Positions 41,443-54,252 are shown, counted from the stretch's first letter. The stretch is 64,000 nucleotides of DNA from Bigelowiella natans CCMP2755 (GCA_000320545.1 ADNK01002347.1:1-64000), one strand, 5' to 3'. Made by a program: numbers and translations. Notes: a model not told the origin generated them from the sequence alone.

Positions 41443-42571
41443 ATGTCTTCTGACACCCTCACGACCCTTGCCAGCAGCAACACCTTCAAAGCAATATGCG
41501 GCAACGACCTTCCCTGTCTGAAGCGTTTAATTGGGGAAAACGCAAATGTTGAGGAACGAGGCCCTCTCGGTGGGTAGCAGCTGCAGCATCAACATTGTCG
41601 CGTCAGTAGTTGGAGTGTTGAGTGATTGATAGCACATGCAGTGTTGGATGTCAGGTTGAACGTTTAGAAAAATGTTAGCAGCAGCAGTGGAAACAGAAGT
41701 AGAAAGTAGCATTGACAATGGGTTTGGTGACACTGATGGTAGCAGAAGTAGTGAGAGAGAGCGCCATTTCTATAGATGTGTGTTGTGATTTGTCTTGGGA
41801 AGGAAACGTCCGGCGGTTGTAATTTCATGTTTTGAAGACATTTGTTGAGGATGCACCGTCATCATTTGGAATATTGACACTCAAAATTGTAAAAATGCAA
41901 AGATGTGGTCGATTTGCCATTAGGTGATACTCTGTTAATCGCGGGTTCAAGGGAGGGTCATTTCGAGATCGTGAAGTACCTGGTTGACATGAAGGCAAAC
42001 ATTGAGGCGGAAAACGAAGAAGGTGGGTGCCAATGCTAGCATTGAGGGAGCTATTGTAGAAGATGTTACATTGTTTGAAATGACCACATCACCCCACATC
42101 AGGTGATACTCCCTTGACAATGGGTTCCAGAAAGGGCAAATTGGAGATCGTAAAGTACCTGGTTGACATGAAGGCAAACATTGAGGCGAAAGACCGTGGC
42201 GGTGGGTACTAATGCTAGCATTGAGGGAGCCATTGTAGAAGAAATTACCTGAATTTAAATGACTACATCACGATACATTAGGTAACACTCCCTTGATAAT
42301 GGGTTCCATAAAGGGCAAATTGGAGATCGTGAAGTACCTTGTTGACATGAAGGCAAACATTGAGGCCAAAAGCAGAAATGGGCACACTCCCTACGACTTG
42401 ACGAACCATGACGAAATCAAAGTGTTCATCAAACAAAATTGCATTGAGCGACGGGTTCAGGTGTTCAAAAGAGACTTGAGGGATTTGCACATGTTGAGCA
42501 CGGAATTGAAGCGAGGGTTGGGGGCGGCAGTGGTCGCCATGACCACGAAAAAACAGATGCACAAGAGTTGA
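41443..42571 (+). CDS. Ankyrin-repeat gene with tandemly duplicated 99-nt repeat exons (possibly mutated or pseudogenising)
   Basis: Exons 41443-41569, 41924-42022, 42103-42201, 42282-42571, all joined by phase-1 introns. Repeats: GDTLLIAGSREGHFEIVKYLVDMKANIEAENEE / GDTPLTMGSRKGKLEIVKYLVDMKANIEAKDRG / GNTPLIMGSIKGKLEIVKYLVDMKANIEAKSRN. Confidence 0.9.
41924..42380 (+). repeat. Tandem 179-bp exon+intron unit (99-nt exon + 80-nt intron), about 2.5 copies
   Basis: Introns 42023-42102 and 42202-42281 are both 80 nt and share gtgggt..aatgctagcattgagggagc.attgtagaaga...aaatgac.acatcac. Confidence 0.92.
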
Positions 42572-43109
42572 TGTGCCATCTGCACAGTGGGCGATCTCGG
42601 AAGCTTCACGTTGTCCCGTGGTCAATGTGTAGTAATCATGTGGAACACGCAACAATTGACACACGTGGTGTCGTGAAATGTGAGACATGGACCATCTCCT
42701 CCAGCAGCGGCAGCTAGGCAGTGATGGTGGACAGACAGATGCCAGAGATTCAGGGATGCCGTGCCATCTAGCAAGCAGACTGTCCGGCATGTGCACATGA
42801 ATGCTGATTTCAAATGCATGATGATGGACACCTGTCCATGAAGACAAACGACTGTGTGCAAATTTAGAAATGTAGCAAATGCTAGGCCAGCCATGCAAAT
42901 GCTAAGACGACAATGGAATAGCCTTTCTAGCTTTGTTTAATACTTAAGCGCACATGCTCTGGAATGGTTTACATCATGATCGTTTTTCGCATTGCGATGA
43001 TCATGCAAAGCGACTGCACGTACTGAGCTACATGAATCTAGTACGAGATTGCCATTAATCTAGAAATGCAAAGGTGTCTTACTAATAGGTCTAAATTCTA
43101 CTGCAATTG

Positions 43110-44969
43110 CTATGAAAAGGTGAAGATAATATACACAGCAATAATGAAGTTGAAATAGTGCTGGGCGCTCTTGCTTGTTGTTATTAGGAGGAGCTCGTCA
43201 TTCATCCTCATCGTCAACGATTTCCAAGCTCTCTTGCGAGTCAACTCGTCTCCATCCTTTTTTTCTATCGCCATGCCCTCTAAAGATGAGAAGACAAGGA
43301 TGGGACGTCCGTGCATACACAATATGTTTTGTATGAGTGACATGTGTGAGTGTGGAAATATCTTGTGTGCGATCTTGACGTACATGTCTTCCAAAGAGAT
43401 CGACGATTCCTGGCTCTCTTTTGACTCCCTCACATCGCTACCACCACAATCACCACCTAATGAACAACAAGGCAAAATAAGTCAATCAAACATCCATCGA
43501 GCTCTTGTTATCCATCACTGCGCTTGCTAGCTAGTATCTCTCCTCACCCCCCCTTCCCCACCACTTTCGTCTGCAATTTGTACCGTTTCGCTCGGATATA
43601 GCGCGAGCGTCATCGGTGGGGGTACCCTACAACACATTGCAATATCATTATATATCTAACGACGACATTGGAAGATCTGCATTGAAAACAGCATATCCTG
43701 ATGAGATAAATTTTCCTGCAATATTTTATATTGATGACGCGCCCAACCCACCCCCCTCCCCTCGTCTCTCCTCCTCTCTTTTCGCTTAGCTAACTCCTCT
43801 GACCTTGGGCACAAGTTGATGGACAAATAGTATAGGAATAAACCGCGTTAAAGACCTGAAACATTGAATATAAATCCGTGTACAGAAGGACGCCTGGATT
43901 GCATCTAGCTAGCTTCTACGATGCTGCGGGTTGCTACTACACTGGTGAATGTGCGCAACCTCAGCAGCACAAACCATTGTAGGTTCTTAAACTCAGGGCC
44001 TTCAATGCTGACGATAACAACAACAACAACAACAACAACCATCAAAACCACACCACGACGTGATTGTCGGATTACACCGCTACGCCTTTATTATCTTCAT
44101 GAGCATGCGGCAGACATGATACGCTAAAGACAGACCCTCCAAACATCTCCAGGCAAAATACTCCAAGGTAACGTCCTGTAAGCATGAAGGGCGAGAAGGG
44201 GGCAGGACGAGGAGGAGGGGTGGGGGGTAGAGGAAGAATTACTTAGTCTTCAAACTCATCGCTTGAGCATACAAGCTTTGTGCTTCATCATACCGACAGA
44301 AACGCCGAAGTTGGAAAGTCCCATATTCAAAGCAAATAATGTAGCCTCCACGCCAGGGGGGCACAGCTGAGCACCACAACGATTGATGCATATATTATTT
44401 AACGAATTCATCGACTTATGGTTTTAAGGATGCAAGCACATATTTACTAAAATTAAGGCACCTTCGCTGAGAGAATCAACATTGGCATTAAGGCCAGACG
44501 CATTAAGATCGGACCGAACACCTGGAGAAATAGTGAAGAAGGACAAGGATGATAATGGTGATTATGAGAAGAAGAAGGAGAAGAAGGTGATGATGATGAT
44601 GAAGAAGAAGACGAGTAACACAACAACGAATGAGGGGCTGTACTGCGAAACTTGGATTTTCGCACTGTTCGATGGCGTTCTCCATTATTATCCTTTCTAG
44701 AGTCACTTTGATGGTCTCCATTTGTCATCATCATCTTCATCATCATCATCATCATCATCAATAATGTCGTCATCACCATCGCCATCATCATCATCATCAT
44801 TAACCATAATCTCTCTTGCACTTAAGTACCTCCTCTCCGAAGAGAAACAGCTACAAATAATGGCGGCGATGATGTTGGTGATGACGAGACGGAGGAGCAG
44901 GCGCGTGTGTATGCATCCATAGTAGTGGATAAACAAGGGGGGGGGGATTAATATCAGCTTGATCGTATT

Positions 44970-45011
<42 letters not shown>

Positions 45012-45068
45012 GCGTAAAGATGCAAAGATGCAAAGAGGGACTGGGCATGTTTGTAGCGAGTACTACTA

Positions 45069-45103
<35 letters not shown>

Positions 45104-47479
45104 GATACTACTACTGTGACCACCTTATCACTTATTCCAAGTTTCACGTTGAGTCTCGTCACCTGATGAAACAGGCAGAGGAGGGCATAGAATATTGATT
45201 GATTGATTGGTTGGTGCTAGGAAGGGTTATCACTTTGGAATAACGATGATAGAGATCACGATGATGATGATGATGATGACCAAGATGATAATCATGATAT
45301 CAAGACAGAATACTTACGAATAACTAACCCATATTAAATCGAGAAGGTTAAATCCCACCAGCAGAACCTAAGCGAGGAGAAGCAAAACTCACTCACATCA
45401 ACCTCACATCAGTAGCGCCAATCGTGCGGAAACATACAAAAACGGCATTGTAAGAGGAAAAGGAAGAAGAAGAAGAAGAAGAAGAAGAAGAAGAAGGAGA
45501 AAGATATGCAGCCCTGTCCCCTGAGGACCCCCCACCCCATTCTCCTCACACACCTGCGCAAGAATGAATATTCCTCTATATGTCCACTTGGAGAAAAACT
45601 TTTGGTAGACGATGGTACCGCACAGCAGAAATACATAGCTGGGGGAAGAAGACAGCAAAGCGTAAGACGTTGACGTGAAATAAATCATAGTTATCGAAAT
45701 CGATTCGTACATAAGTGATTGTCCTTTTTCACGTCGGTTATTGTTCCCATAGCATTTATTATAAGTACGATGATGCTATTTGTCGGTGTTAAGCTTACGC
45801 GACGGCGTCCATCAACCCGATGAACTCGGGATCTAAACAAGGGTATCTGCAAATTGAAACAAAAGGAGGAGGAGGAGGAGGAGGAGGAGAGGAGGAGGGG
45901 GGGGGGGGGGGGGGATGCGAAAATATTGCTTTAGTTTGAGAGAACGCTTTTCATCTTTGGTTAGGTTCGGCTAAAAAAAATTGTGAGGAAGCTTGCAGCA
46001 GCAAACCCCTTCTTGCAGTTCTCCTCCGTACGTCGATACCAGTAGAACAACACGCTGATTTTCAATTAGTAATGAAGGAGGGGGGGGTTAGAAATGTATT
46101 GTGATGTGTGACACTTATCTCATACTTGTACGTGACTAGTAGGAAAGGAGAGATGGCGTACAACGACGCTACCTACTCGGCGCATTTAGCAAGATGATAC
46201 GTCGAGAAATTTTCCCCGAGAGAAAAATCCTCCCCTCCCCACCCCTTCCTCATCGTCAATACCTAGTGGAAGGCTGCAATGCCTCTCGCAGAAATATGAA
46301 AGTAGAAGCTTTTGCAAGAACCTTGCAAGATATAGATAAGTGTGGGGAGAGATTTGGCTCGTGTTGTGCTGCTTGTTGTTTGCTATATCTTTAAAACGCG
46401 AGCAATGGGATTAAGGAGAAGAAATCTCTCTTTTTTGAAGGTGATGCAAAACGACATGACGATGATGATGATGATGGTGATGATGATGGGGAGGAGGATA
46501 TGTTAATAATACTGGGGAGACGCGACGTAAGAATAGCCAGACGGCAGGGGCGACTGGTAAGATAAACAGCAATATCGACCACAAACAAGCAAAAAATGAG
46601 GAAGAAGGTGGTAAAAACATATATGAGACTTTAAACATCTACTTCAATTTCTTCTTCCCTTCACCTTTCTCATAATTAATCCAACCACATTATTATTATT
46701 CCTTGTAATTCTATCGATGTCAATCATCATCTTCATCATCATCAATCATCGCCATCAACCTACACACACTGCACAAGCCAACGTGAGAGATCCGTTGATA
46801 ACATCGGAGTTGTGACTTGTTTCCAACACGGCCAAGAGCCTGTATATAGTGCTTATACAGTTACTACTACTATTACAATGAGGTGCAAATCCAAACAAAA
46901 TGGCTAATAATAACAACAATGACAATAACAATAACAATAATATTTATACTCTTAGACGTTTACCCGAGAAATACGGAGCAGATAGACACGGCTATGGCAG
47001 TGTAGAATACCCACTTTCCCACAGGATTACGAAACCCCTTCGATCATTTGGCGTTCGCCACCGTTCGCAGGTTGAAGAGTGTATATTGAAGGAAACATGA
47101 AAGAAGCAGCCAAGAACCAATCAATTCATCAACGAAAGAGGCGTATCTACCACACAGCCGAAGGCTACACTAACACACACAAAAACGTCCTCTTGCCCCT
47201 AGATGCTGCCTCACCTCTTTAATATTATCCCATCCTCGGTTTCTCTTGTGGGGAGGCTCGCGTTGTTCCTGCCACTCCCCCCCCCTGCAGGTATAGCGAT
47301 GGACACTGGAAGATACCCACACACACAAACACACACAAGCCACCACTCTCCAACACAACCACTGCTGGAGGAGGAGGAGGAGGAGGAGGAATGCGTAAAA
47401 TATTTAAATGATTTAATTAATTTGCATTGTATTCTCCTCTCGCCCTTCAATTTCAGACGTGTATGTGTAAGAGAGTGTC

Positions 47480-47521
<42 letters not shown>

Positions 47522-47659
47522 TGTGATATTAATCGATGTGTAAGAGTGTGATATAATCGATGACTACAGCATATACAATTGAGATGTTTTTCTTAAATTA
47601 CGTCCAGTGAAGGCGTTGAGGCCGAAGATTTGGCGGTCCCCTATCTTGGCCTTTGTTAC

Positions 47660-47698
<39 letters not shown>

Positions 47699-48636
47699 AT
47701 GATGAGTGGAAACGGTGATATTACTACTATTTACCTCTCTCTTTCTCTGCGCGTATTCACACACACACACACACTCGCGCACACGCACACTTAAAAGTAG
47801 TACCTGCATAGAACCTACAGTAACTGCTGCTAGCAGCCCTGGTGATGATTATGATGATGATAAGGATGATGATGATAAGGATGATGATGATAAGGATGAT
47901 GATGATAAGGATGATGATGATAAGGATGATGATGATAAGGATGATGGTGGTGTTGATGACAATGACCTCCTATCGATAATGCACCCCAACAGAGAGCTCT
48001 TAGAATCGTTATGGCACAAAAAGGAGGGGGGGGGGGGGAGATGGTTAAGAATAATTAACGAGAATCAGAGAAATCAATTAAGACGTGATGTATATGAAGG
48101 TATTTGTGATGTGATTTGAAAATGCAATAGAGTTTCTAATGATGGAGGATGGATGCTAAGTTGTACAAAGTTCTTGGTGCTGACTTACTGCATATCAGGT
48201 GCAAGTTCGGGGTGTGTTTTAGCTCTCTCTGCAACCTGATGAGTAGCAGGGATAAAATGGAAAAGGGGGGGAGGGGGGGGAAGGGTGATGGGATGAGACG
48301 GTAGAACAAAAGAAAGGGGGGAGGGGGGGGAGATATTCTAGGAATGAGCGCGACTCAAGCCCTGAAAAAGATTGGATCAGGAGTCACGTAGAAAGCAGTA
48401 GTGATACTGCTGCTGCTTCTTCTTCTTCTTCTGCTGCTGCTGCTCTTTGTGATTACAGCAAGGGTATAGATCAGATGTCTATTCATCTCGCTGAGGAGTC
48501 GTGTTCATGGCGCATGACCGTCGGATTTTGGTTTTTTTTGGTTTTGAGTTTATGTTACCTTTTGGAGGGCTACTCGAGAATGAAAAACAGTAGTTCCAAC
48601 ACTCTTGCTACTATTACTACTACTACTACTTGTTCT

Positions 48637-48675
<39 letters not shown>

Positions 48676-49167
48676 GCAGCGTCCACAGCAACGTCAGGTG
48701 ATGCAATACCGTAGTTTGCTGCGGATATCATAACAAGTAGAAGGCGTACATAATACATCCCATTATATCGAGGACAGTGGTATAATACGATAGCATCAAT
48801 ATCGATGTTTACTCCTTCGATGACATTTATATGCTCGTGAAACTCGACGATGATATGCTACCTATGATCAGGAAGAAAACAGCAGCTATTGGGGTCATTG
48901 GGACCAGAAACAATGCCCCCCAGGAAAGCATACCTACTCGAAAACAGTTGTTGACGTTTTGTTCTTTGCGAGAGGATTTATGGTGGGAGGGAGGGGGGGG
49001 GCGGGTTCCTGCCTTGATGATAATTGCAACGACGAAGATGACGGTGATGATGGTGATGATGATGGTAATGATGCAGCAGAACCTACAACTCCGGCTATGA
49101 GAATATACGGTGTCCTATGCCAGCCCTGTCAAAAATAGCTGCTGCGATCAAAATAACCTCCACACAT

Positions 49168-49204
<37 letters not shown>

Positions 49205-50960
49205 CATGCATGCATGCATGCACGCAAGCAGCAAAAGCACAGCCAATATGACTGAAAAAGATATCGAAAATTTGAAATAAACGCGCCTCCCTCCCTGCTA
49301 CGTGGTCAACACGCACGCAGAAAACATAATGATATCAGGTATTGCTCGCAGCTAGATTCTTCGCATATTTGCCAATAAATAATACCATGATAGGGATCAT
49401 ATCCTGCATCATTCCGTACAAAGCCTATGTGTTGCGAGACCGATGAGAGAATTAATGACATGCTACCACCGCGTTAGTTGTATATTATCAGTGCTGCCTT
49501 TATTTGCCACGGGAGAATCACGAAACCTGGCGAAACAGCACAGCAGCGTGGTATAGATGATAATTATGTACAGAATCAAAATCATGATTTCTAACTAACA
49601 TTGTTTGGCTCATATGTCGGCTTTTAGAAAGGAGCTGTCAAGTGCTAAATTATGATGCAGCATCAGCAGCAGTAGCAGCACCTCGTAAAGCGGCTGCTCT
49701 GGCTGGTGAGACTTTAAGCGTATCAGCAAAGTAGTATTTCATCGCGAAAGTTCCCCACTCCACACCAATACCCTGCATTAATGATTGTGTTTCATGGTAG
49801 ATATAAAGAACTCCTTTCTCTTTGATGTAATTTTACCCCCCCCCCCCCCCCCACACAAATACTACATTGATGAGGATGGTGACGAGAAGAGGTTCAGTTT
49901 TCATGAGAAGCACCTGATTGGCTCCGTAGGTAGCGCAGCAGATGAAGATAAATTTCCAGCCAAAAGCATCAGAGAGGCGTCGTATGTACATGCTGATTAT
50001 ACCGTTGCCTTATCAGGTTTTCCCGGACATATTGCTTCTATAGTTCGTGTAAAGTAGGGATTCTATAGGTGCCTCGTAATGCTAGCAATTTTTACGATAG
50101 TCGAAGATGAGCGTGTGTGACCGCAGCAGCAGCAGTAGGAAAAATCACTATGATTACCAAAATTGACACGGATAGTAGAGCAGATACTCATGGCAACGAC
50201 GCGGAGAGGACATCTTTGGTGATAGCAAAGAACATACAAGCAGCAGCAGTTTCAGAAAGTGTAGTTAGATTCTGGAAAATCCCAAGTTTACAGCTACGCA
50301 TGGACACGAAGTCACGAAATATATCACATCGGAACGTCTGCACAACACCGCACACTCTACACCCCAAACGCTGCTACGACAACTCTTTTTTTTTTTAAAT
50401 GCTACCGTGAATCTATCCGGGATATCGTCGTTGTTGAAGCGATCCAACGACTGCTGGCTCTGAATTCAGGCATGCAACAGTCGCTCCGTTGTGAGATGTA
50501 GGAACAGTGATGATGATGACGACTAGATTGATTATTAACCTACCACATCCACTTCTTGCAGAAGATTTTCTGTGTCTTCGGGCGCTATCTGCATATCAGC
50601 AAGCCCCCCATCTTGCCCACCATGAAGCACGCGTGCGACAATTTCATCATCACGAGTCTTGTCTGAGCCTCGAAACGAATCCGCTTTGCTGCCTTGGCCA
50701 ACCAACTGATGAGCCTCTGAACACATCAAGTCGAAACAAGAACAGGCACTGAAAACGATCGCCACAGCGATTGACAAATAACCGAGCAACCTTCGTTCAT
50801 TGCCAGTGGCCGAAGAGCTTGCTATCCGTGGTGGCAAAGGCTGTGTGATTCCTCGTCCTTGAAGGAGGCCAAATGTGCCGCTTAGCAGGAGCACATTGAT
50901 CCTTCCATAACTGGTGACTGCTCTGTCTTCTTTTACCGCCGGAGACATGCTAAGAAACAT
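43110..50960 (-). CDS. BT1 family folate-biopterin transporter (MFS), many exons; both ends approximate
   Basis: Exons give RRLSDAFGWKFIFICCATYGANQG, AMKYYFADTLKVSP, LPWQIKAA, HRTPYILIAGV, GTIVYQKFFSKWTYRGIF, LALMPMLILSAKLCPPGVEATLFALNMGLSNFG, FKNLQWFVLLR and LTRFIPILFVHQLVP. The core ~43790-49995 is confident; linkage of the 50535-50972 ORF is inferred. Confidence 0.85.
47845..47945. repeat. (GATGATGATGATAAG)n 15-bp minisatellite inside a BT1 intron
   Basis: About six consecutive 15-bp units are visible. Confidence 0.9.
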
Positions 50961-51297
50961 TGTCGCATGCAAGGAAACCCAATGATTCGTTCAGCAAACT
51001 TGGGCGACCAGTGGAAAGGCACTCAAAAATCATGTGCGACATCAACGTGGACGGGAAATTATCTAGATTACCCCCCGCTCACAACCCAGTCGACACGTGC
51101 AAATGGCCTGTAAATTTTCCATTCGGGATGCTTCGAACGCACTGAGCATCAAAGGCGGATTTGGCGCTAAAAAGCGCATTAATTTCCAAGACGCACGGGA
51201 AAAACGGATAGCATTATTTACCTAAAAAGTACCGAGAATAAATACCAAGTCGTACACGAACACCCGAACACCACGCCCTCATAGCCGTAGGTCAACG

Positions 51298-51582
51298 ATG
51301 GTGCTTTGGCTGCCGATCTTCCTTCTCATTCTCGTCGTCGCCCGTGATTCGCACGCTATCTCATGTGAAACTGAGGCGCTATCTTTCCAGAATAGCGCAT
51401 GTTTGAGGTCAGAACCTTGCATATACCCCACTCGCTTGTGCAACAGAATGATAATACATAATGCTTCAGCTCAACGGTACTGGAGAGCTTGGACATTAGA
51501 GCAGTTCCTCATAATGGTACAGTTGAAGTAATGTACGATTTCTATTACAGTGTTCCTTGGTCACCACTGTTTGTTTCCTCTG

Positions 51583-51629
<47 letters not shown>

Positions 51630-53471
51630 TGTTAATAAGTGAAACAAGTAAGCATCCCGAACAATTCTTATTTCAGAGCTTAAAGGAGAGAAAACTCTCA
51701 TTCCAGCTTCGTTAGTAATGGAGATTCGTAATAAGACGGAAGACTTCTCTCAACAAGTCATGTCTCTCATAACGGGAATAATCGCAAGAGAGGCGATGAA
51801 GTATGAATTCTGATGAACTCATCGATTATAACCAACACACAACGAAACTATCATTTCTCATCAACTTATAACTTTCACACACAGTTACAAAATCGAGGTC
51901 GTGTGCGATCGTGACGTTGATAACGCAGAAGAACGAATCGCAACAGGGAAAACGACGTTATAGGGTTATACCAAACAGAATAATGCCTGTGCGTCTCTGC
52001 GTGTTCTTACGTTTTAAAGCTGAGCTGGAATTACGATAAGGCGATGATAAATTGCAAATCTTGAGGATTGATGCCACAGAATGTGTATAGGCTCATATAT
52101 CATAACAAAATATTCTAATGCACAAAGTGACAACAGTAGCGTTGAAAGGCGATCTATACTTAAAACGCAGTTGAATATGCTCTTGGGACTGGGTACGTAT
52201 CAGCGAAGCAGTACTTTGATTCTATATCGGTGATGCTGAGGAGAATCTACGTCTCACAGAAGACCATCGACTGGTTTATCATGAGCGGAAGGGGGGGGCG
52301 GCAATCTGCCTACACCACAGCATGTAGTTGGGTGGTAAACAACACCGATATCTGGACGCCATGGCTGTCAGCAACGTATGAAGCGTATAGCAAGGAGATA
52401 TGGAAGCTTTCTCCAGTATCCTCTGCCATCATCTCTATTCTCTCTGTTCTTGGTATCTTGCAGGGAGCTGTGTACGTCGTCTTATTCCTACTCTTCCGTG
52501 ACCACGTTATGATCAAAGCAATCAGCGTTGAGCTGTCGTTGTTAATCATCGCATCGCTTCTGGTGCTCATGGGAAGTGCTTTTCTGTGGCTAGATAGCAC
52601 TCCGAACATGGGGATTTGCACCGCGCGTCTCTTCATCCCAACTCTCTCGGTGACGATTGCCCTTTCCACCATTGGAGGGAAGACGTACCGCATCTATCGT
52701 ATTTTCAATCAAACGACCGAGAGCCCTGATAAGCTATCGACGCGAGAAGTGCTCAAGCGCTACGTCGCCCCTCCTGTCTTGTTCATGCTGCTAGTGCTTG
52801 GATTGCTCCTTATCGAAGTCCTCGTGCTCTCTAGATTAGCTTATGCCGTTCGGAAGGTCCCATTAGCTCTGTACACGGCGACGATATCAGCTTTTATCGC
52901 TATTCCTCTTATCATGATTTGCTTCGCGCTCCGTGTCTATGACCCGACGCATATTTTGATTGCTTCGGTGTTGACCATTCCGCCCTCTTTCATGCTATTC
53001 TTCTTGTTCTTTCCCCGTTTGTGGAATGCTTGGAAAGGCGCTGAGGCGAGGGAGGCAAGCACAACCCTAAGCGACCAAATCCAGCGTATGCGGGACAAAA
53101 TCAGCAGTAAAAATGAGCAGAAGGTCGTTCGAATGAAGGCATCAGAAGGTCAACGTGCCTTGATAACCGAGGCAAGCTACGATTACTCAGGGTATAAGCC
53201 AGGGTCGCTCATGAATGTCTCCATTCCAAAATCTATGCAAGTTCAGCCGAATACGGTCGAGAGAAGTAGCAAAAGCATGCGAGAAGAGGCGAAGACAACG
53301 GAGCATGCGAGAGAGGAGGCATTGTTGAACGAATTGTCCTCGGTACGAGGGGAGCTGAAGAACCTGAAGCAGGTACTCAAAGGGGAAATTGCATCTAAGG
53401 AAAAACTTGAGGCGATCATCGTTTCCTTCATGGAGAATAAACTGGAGAAAGAAGCCGATGAGAAGGAGTAA
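51298..53471 (+). CDS. Class C (7tm_3, GABA-B-like) GPCR-like protein with signal peptide, remnant OpuAC-like ectodomain and C-terminal coiled coil; possibly degenerate
   Basis: Signal peptide MVLWLPIFLLILVVARDSHA. AYTTACSWVVNNTDIWTPWL resembles the OpuAC-type C-terminal helix. 7tm_3 hallmarks: FRDHVMIKAISVELSLLII, CTARLF, GGKTYRIYRIF, LAYAVRKVP, LFFPRLW. The 5' exons could not be joined cleanly around 51960-52230. Confidence 0.7.
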
Positions 53472-53767
53472 GTTGTCGCATCGTATATGGATCGCTCATC
53501 GTTAAAAAAAAGTAAGCTCTGCCAGCTCTATGTTAACGTATCACACAAGCAGTGCTCTTATAAGTTGAGGGTAGAAGTAGCACGTTAAGTTTGAATCATC
53601 TTGGGCCAAGATGTAATGAAAATACAGATATTTGAGAAAATTTTAGAGAGTCCAAAGTACGTGGTTAAGCTTGCGTATTTGCGAGTGAATGAGCGATATT
53701 AGATTCAAGGGCATGAATGGAAAATGCGGACACGTTCCAGCGCCAGTTACAGTGAATACAAAAGTGT

Positions 53768-53805
<38 letters not shown>

Positions 53806-54252
53806 ATTCTCATTGATGTTCTATTGCGCAGTACATGTGCATATATGAGGCCATTGTAATATGCATATACGAGCTTATCGATTGAAATGACGCAATAATT
53901 TTCGTGCAACTCCTGCTCCTGTGCTTGTGCATGCAGGAGGGTGCGGGTTATATGCGGGTAGCGACCGATCTGCGTCTCATTAGACAGTATGTGTAGCATG
54001 CATCGCAGCGCATAAAGTGGGCCACATACCATGTGTGGAGTATATCTAGTGGATATACATCATGACAATACCCCATCTGTATTACATCTGTGGAAGCTAC
54101 ATTGGCTGCAACCCCGTGGGTATTGGAGTGGTAGCTCCAACTTCCTGGACCATCACGAAGATAATTTTACAGACGATGTTTGAAGCGAGAAAGTATATAA
54201 ATTAGTGTCCCATAGTAATTAAATGCCTTGCATAGATGAAAGGAGAACTGTG

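Noticed and set aside
40292-41453. His/Cys-rich ORFs resembling metal-binding proteins
   Set aside because: They are a by-product of TpA loss (fewer TAA/TAG stops, more CAY/TGY codons), and no motif spacing is recognisable.
41924-42380. CRISPR-like or DGR template/variable repeat interpretation of the regular repeats
   Set aside because: The units are exon+intron duplications of ankyrin repeats, with no unique spacers, cas genes or reverse transcriptase in the window; changes occur on both strands at TpA, not A-to-N on one strand.
40250-42900. Ordinary CpG-methylation decay or fungal-type RIP as the cause of CA/TG excess
   Set aside because: CpG is still abundant and TpA is the depleted word; RIP would enrich TpA. 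Not formally excluded until substitutions are polarised.
47845-47945. DYDDDK(DDDDK)n resembling tandem FLAG/enterokinase tags
   Set aside because: It is a (GAT)n-derived minisatellite antisense within a BT1 intron, with no vector context and no DYK codons.
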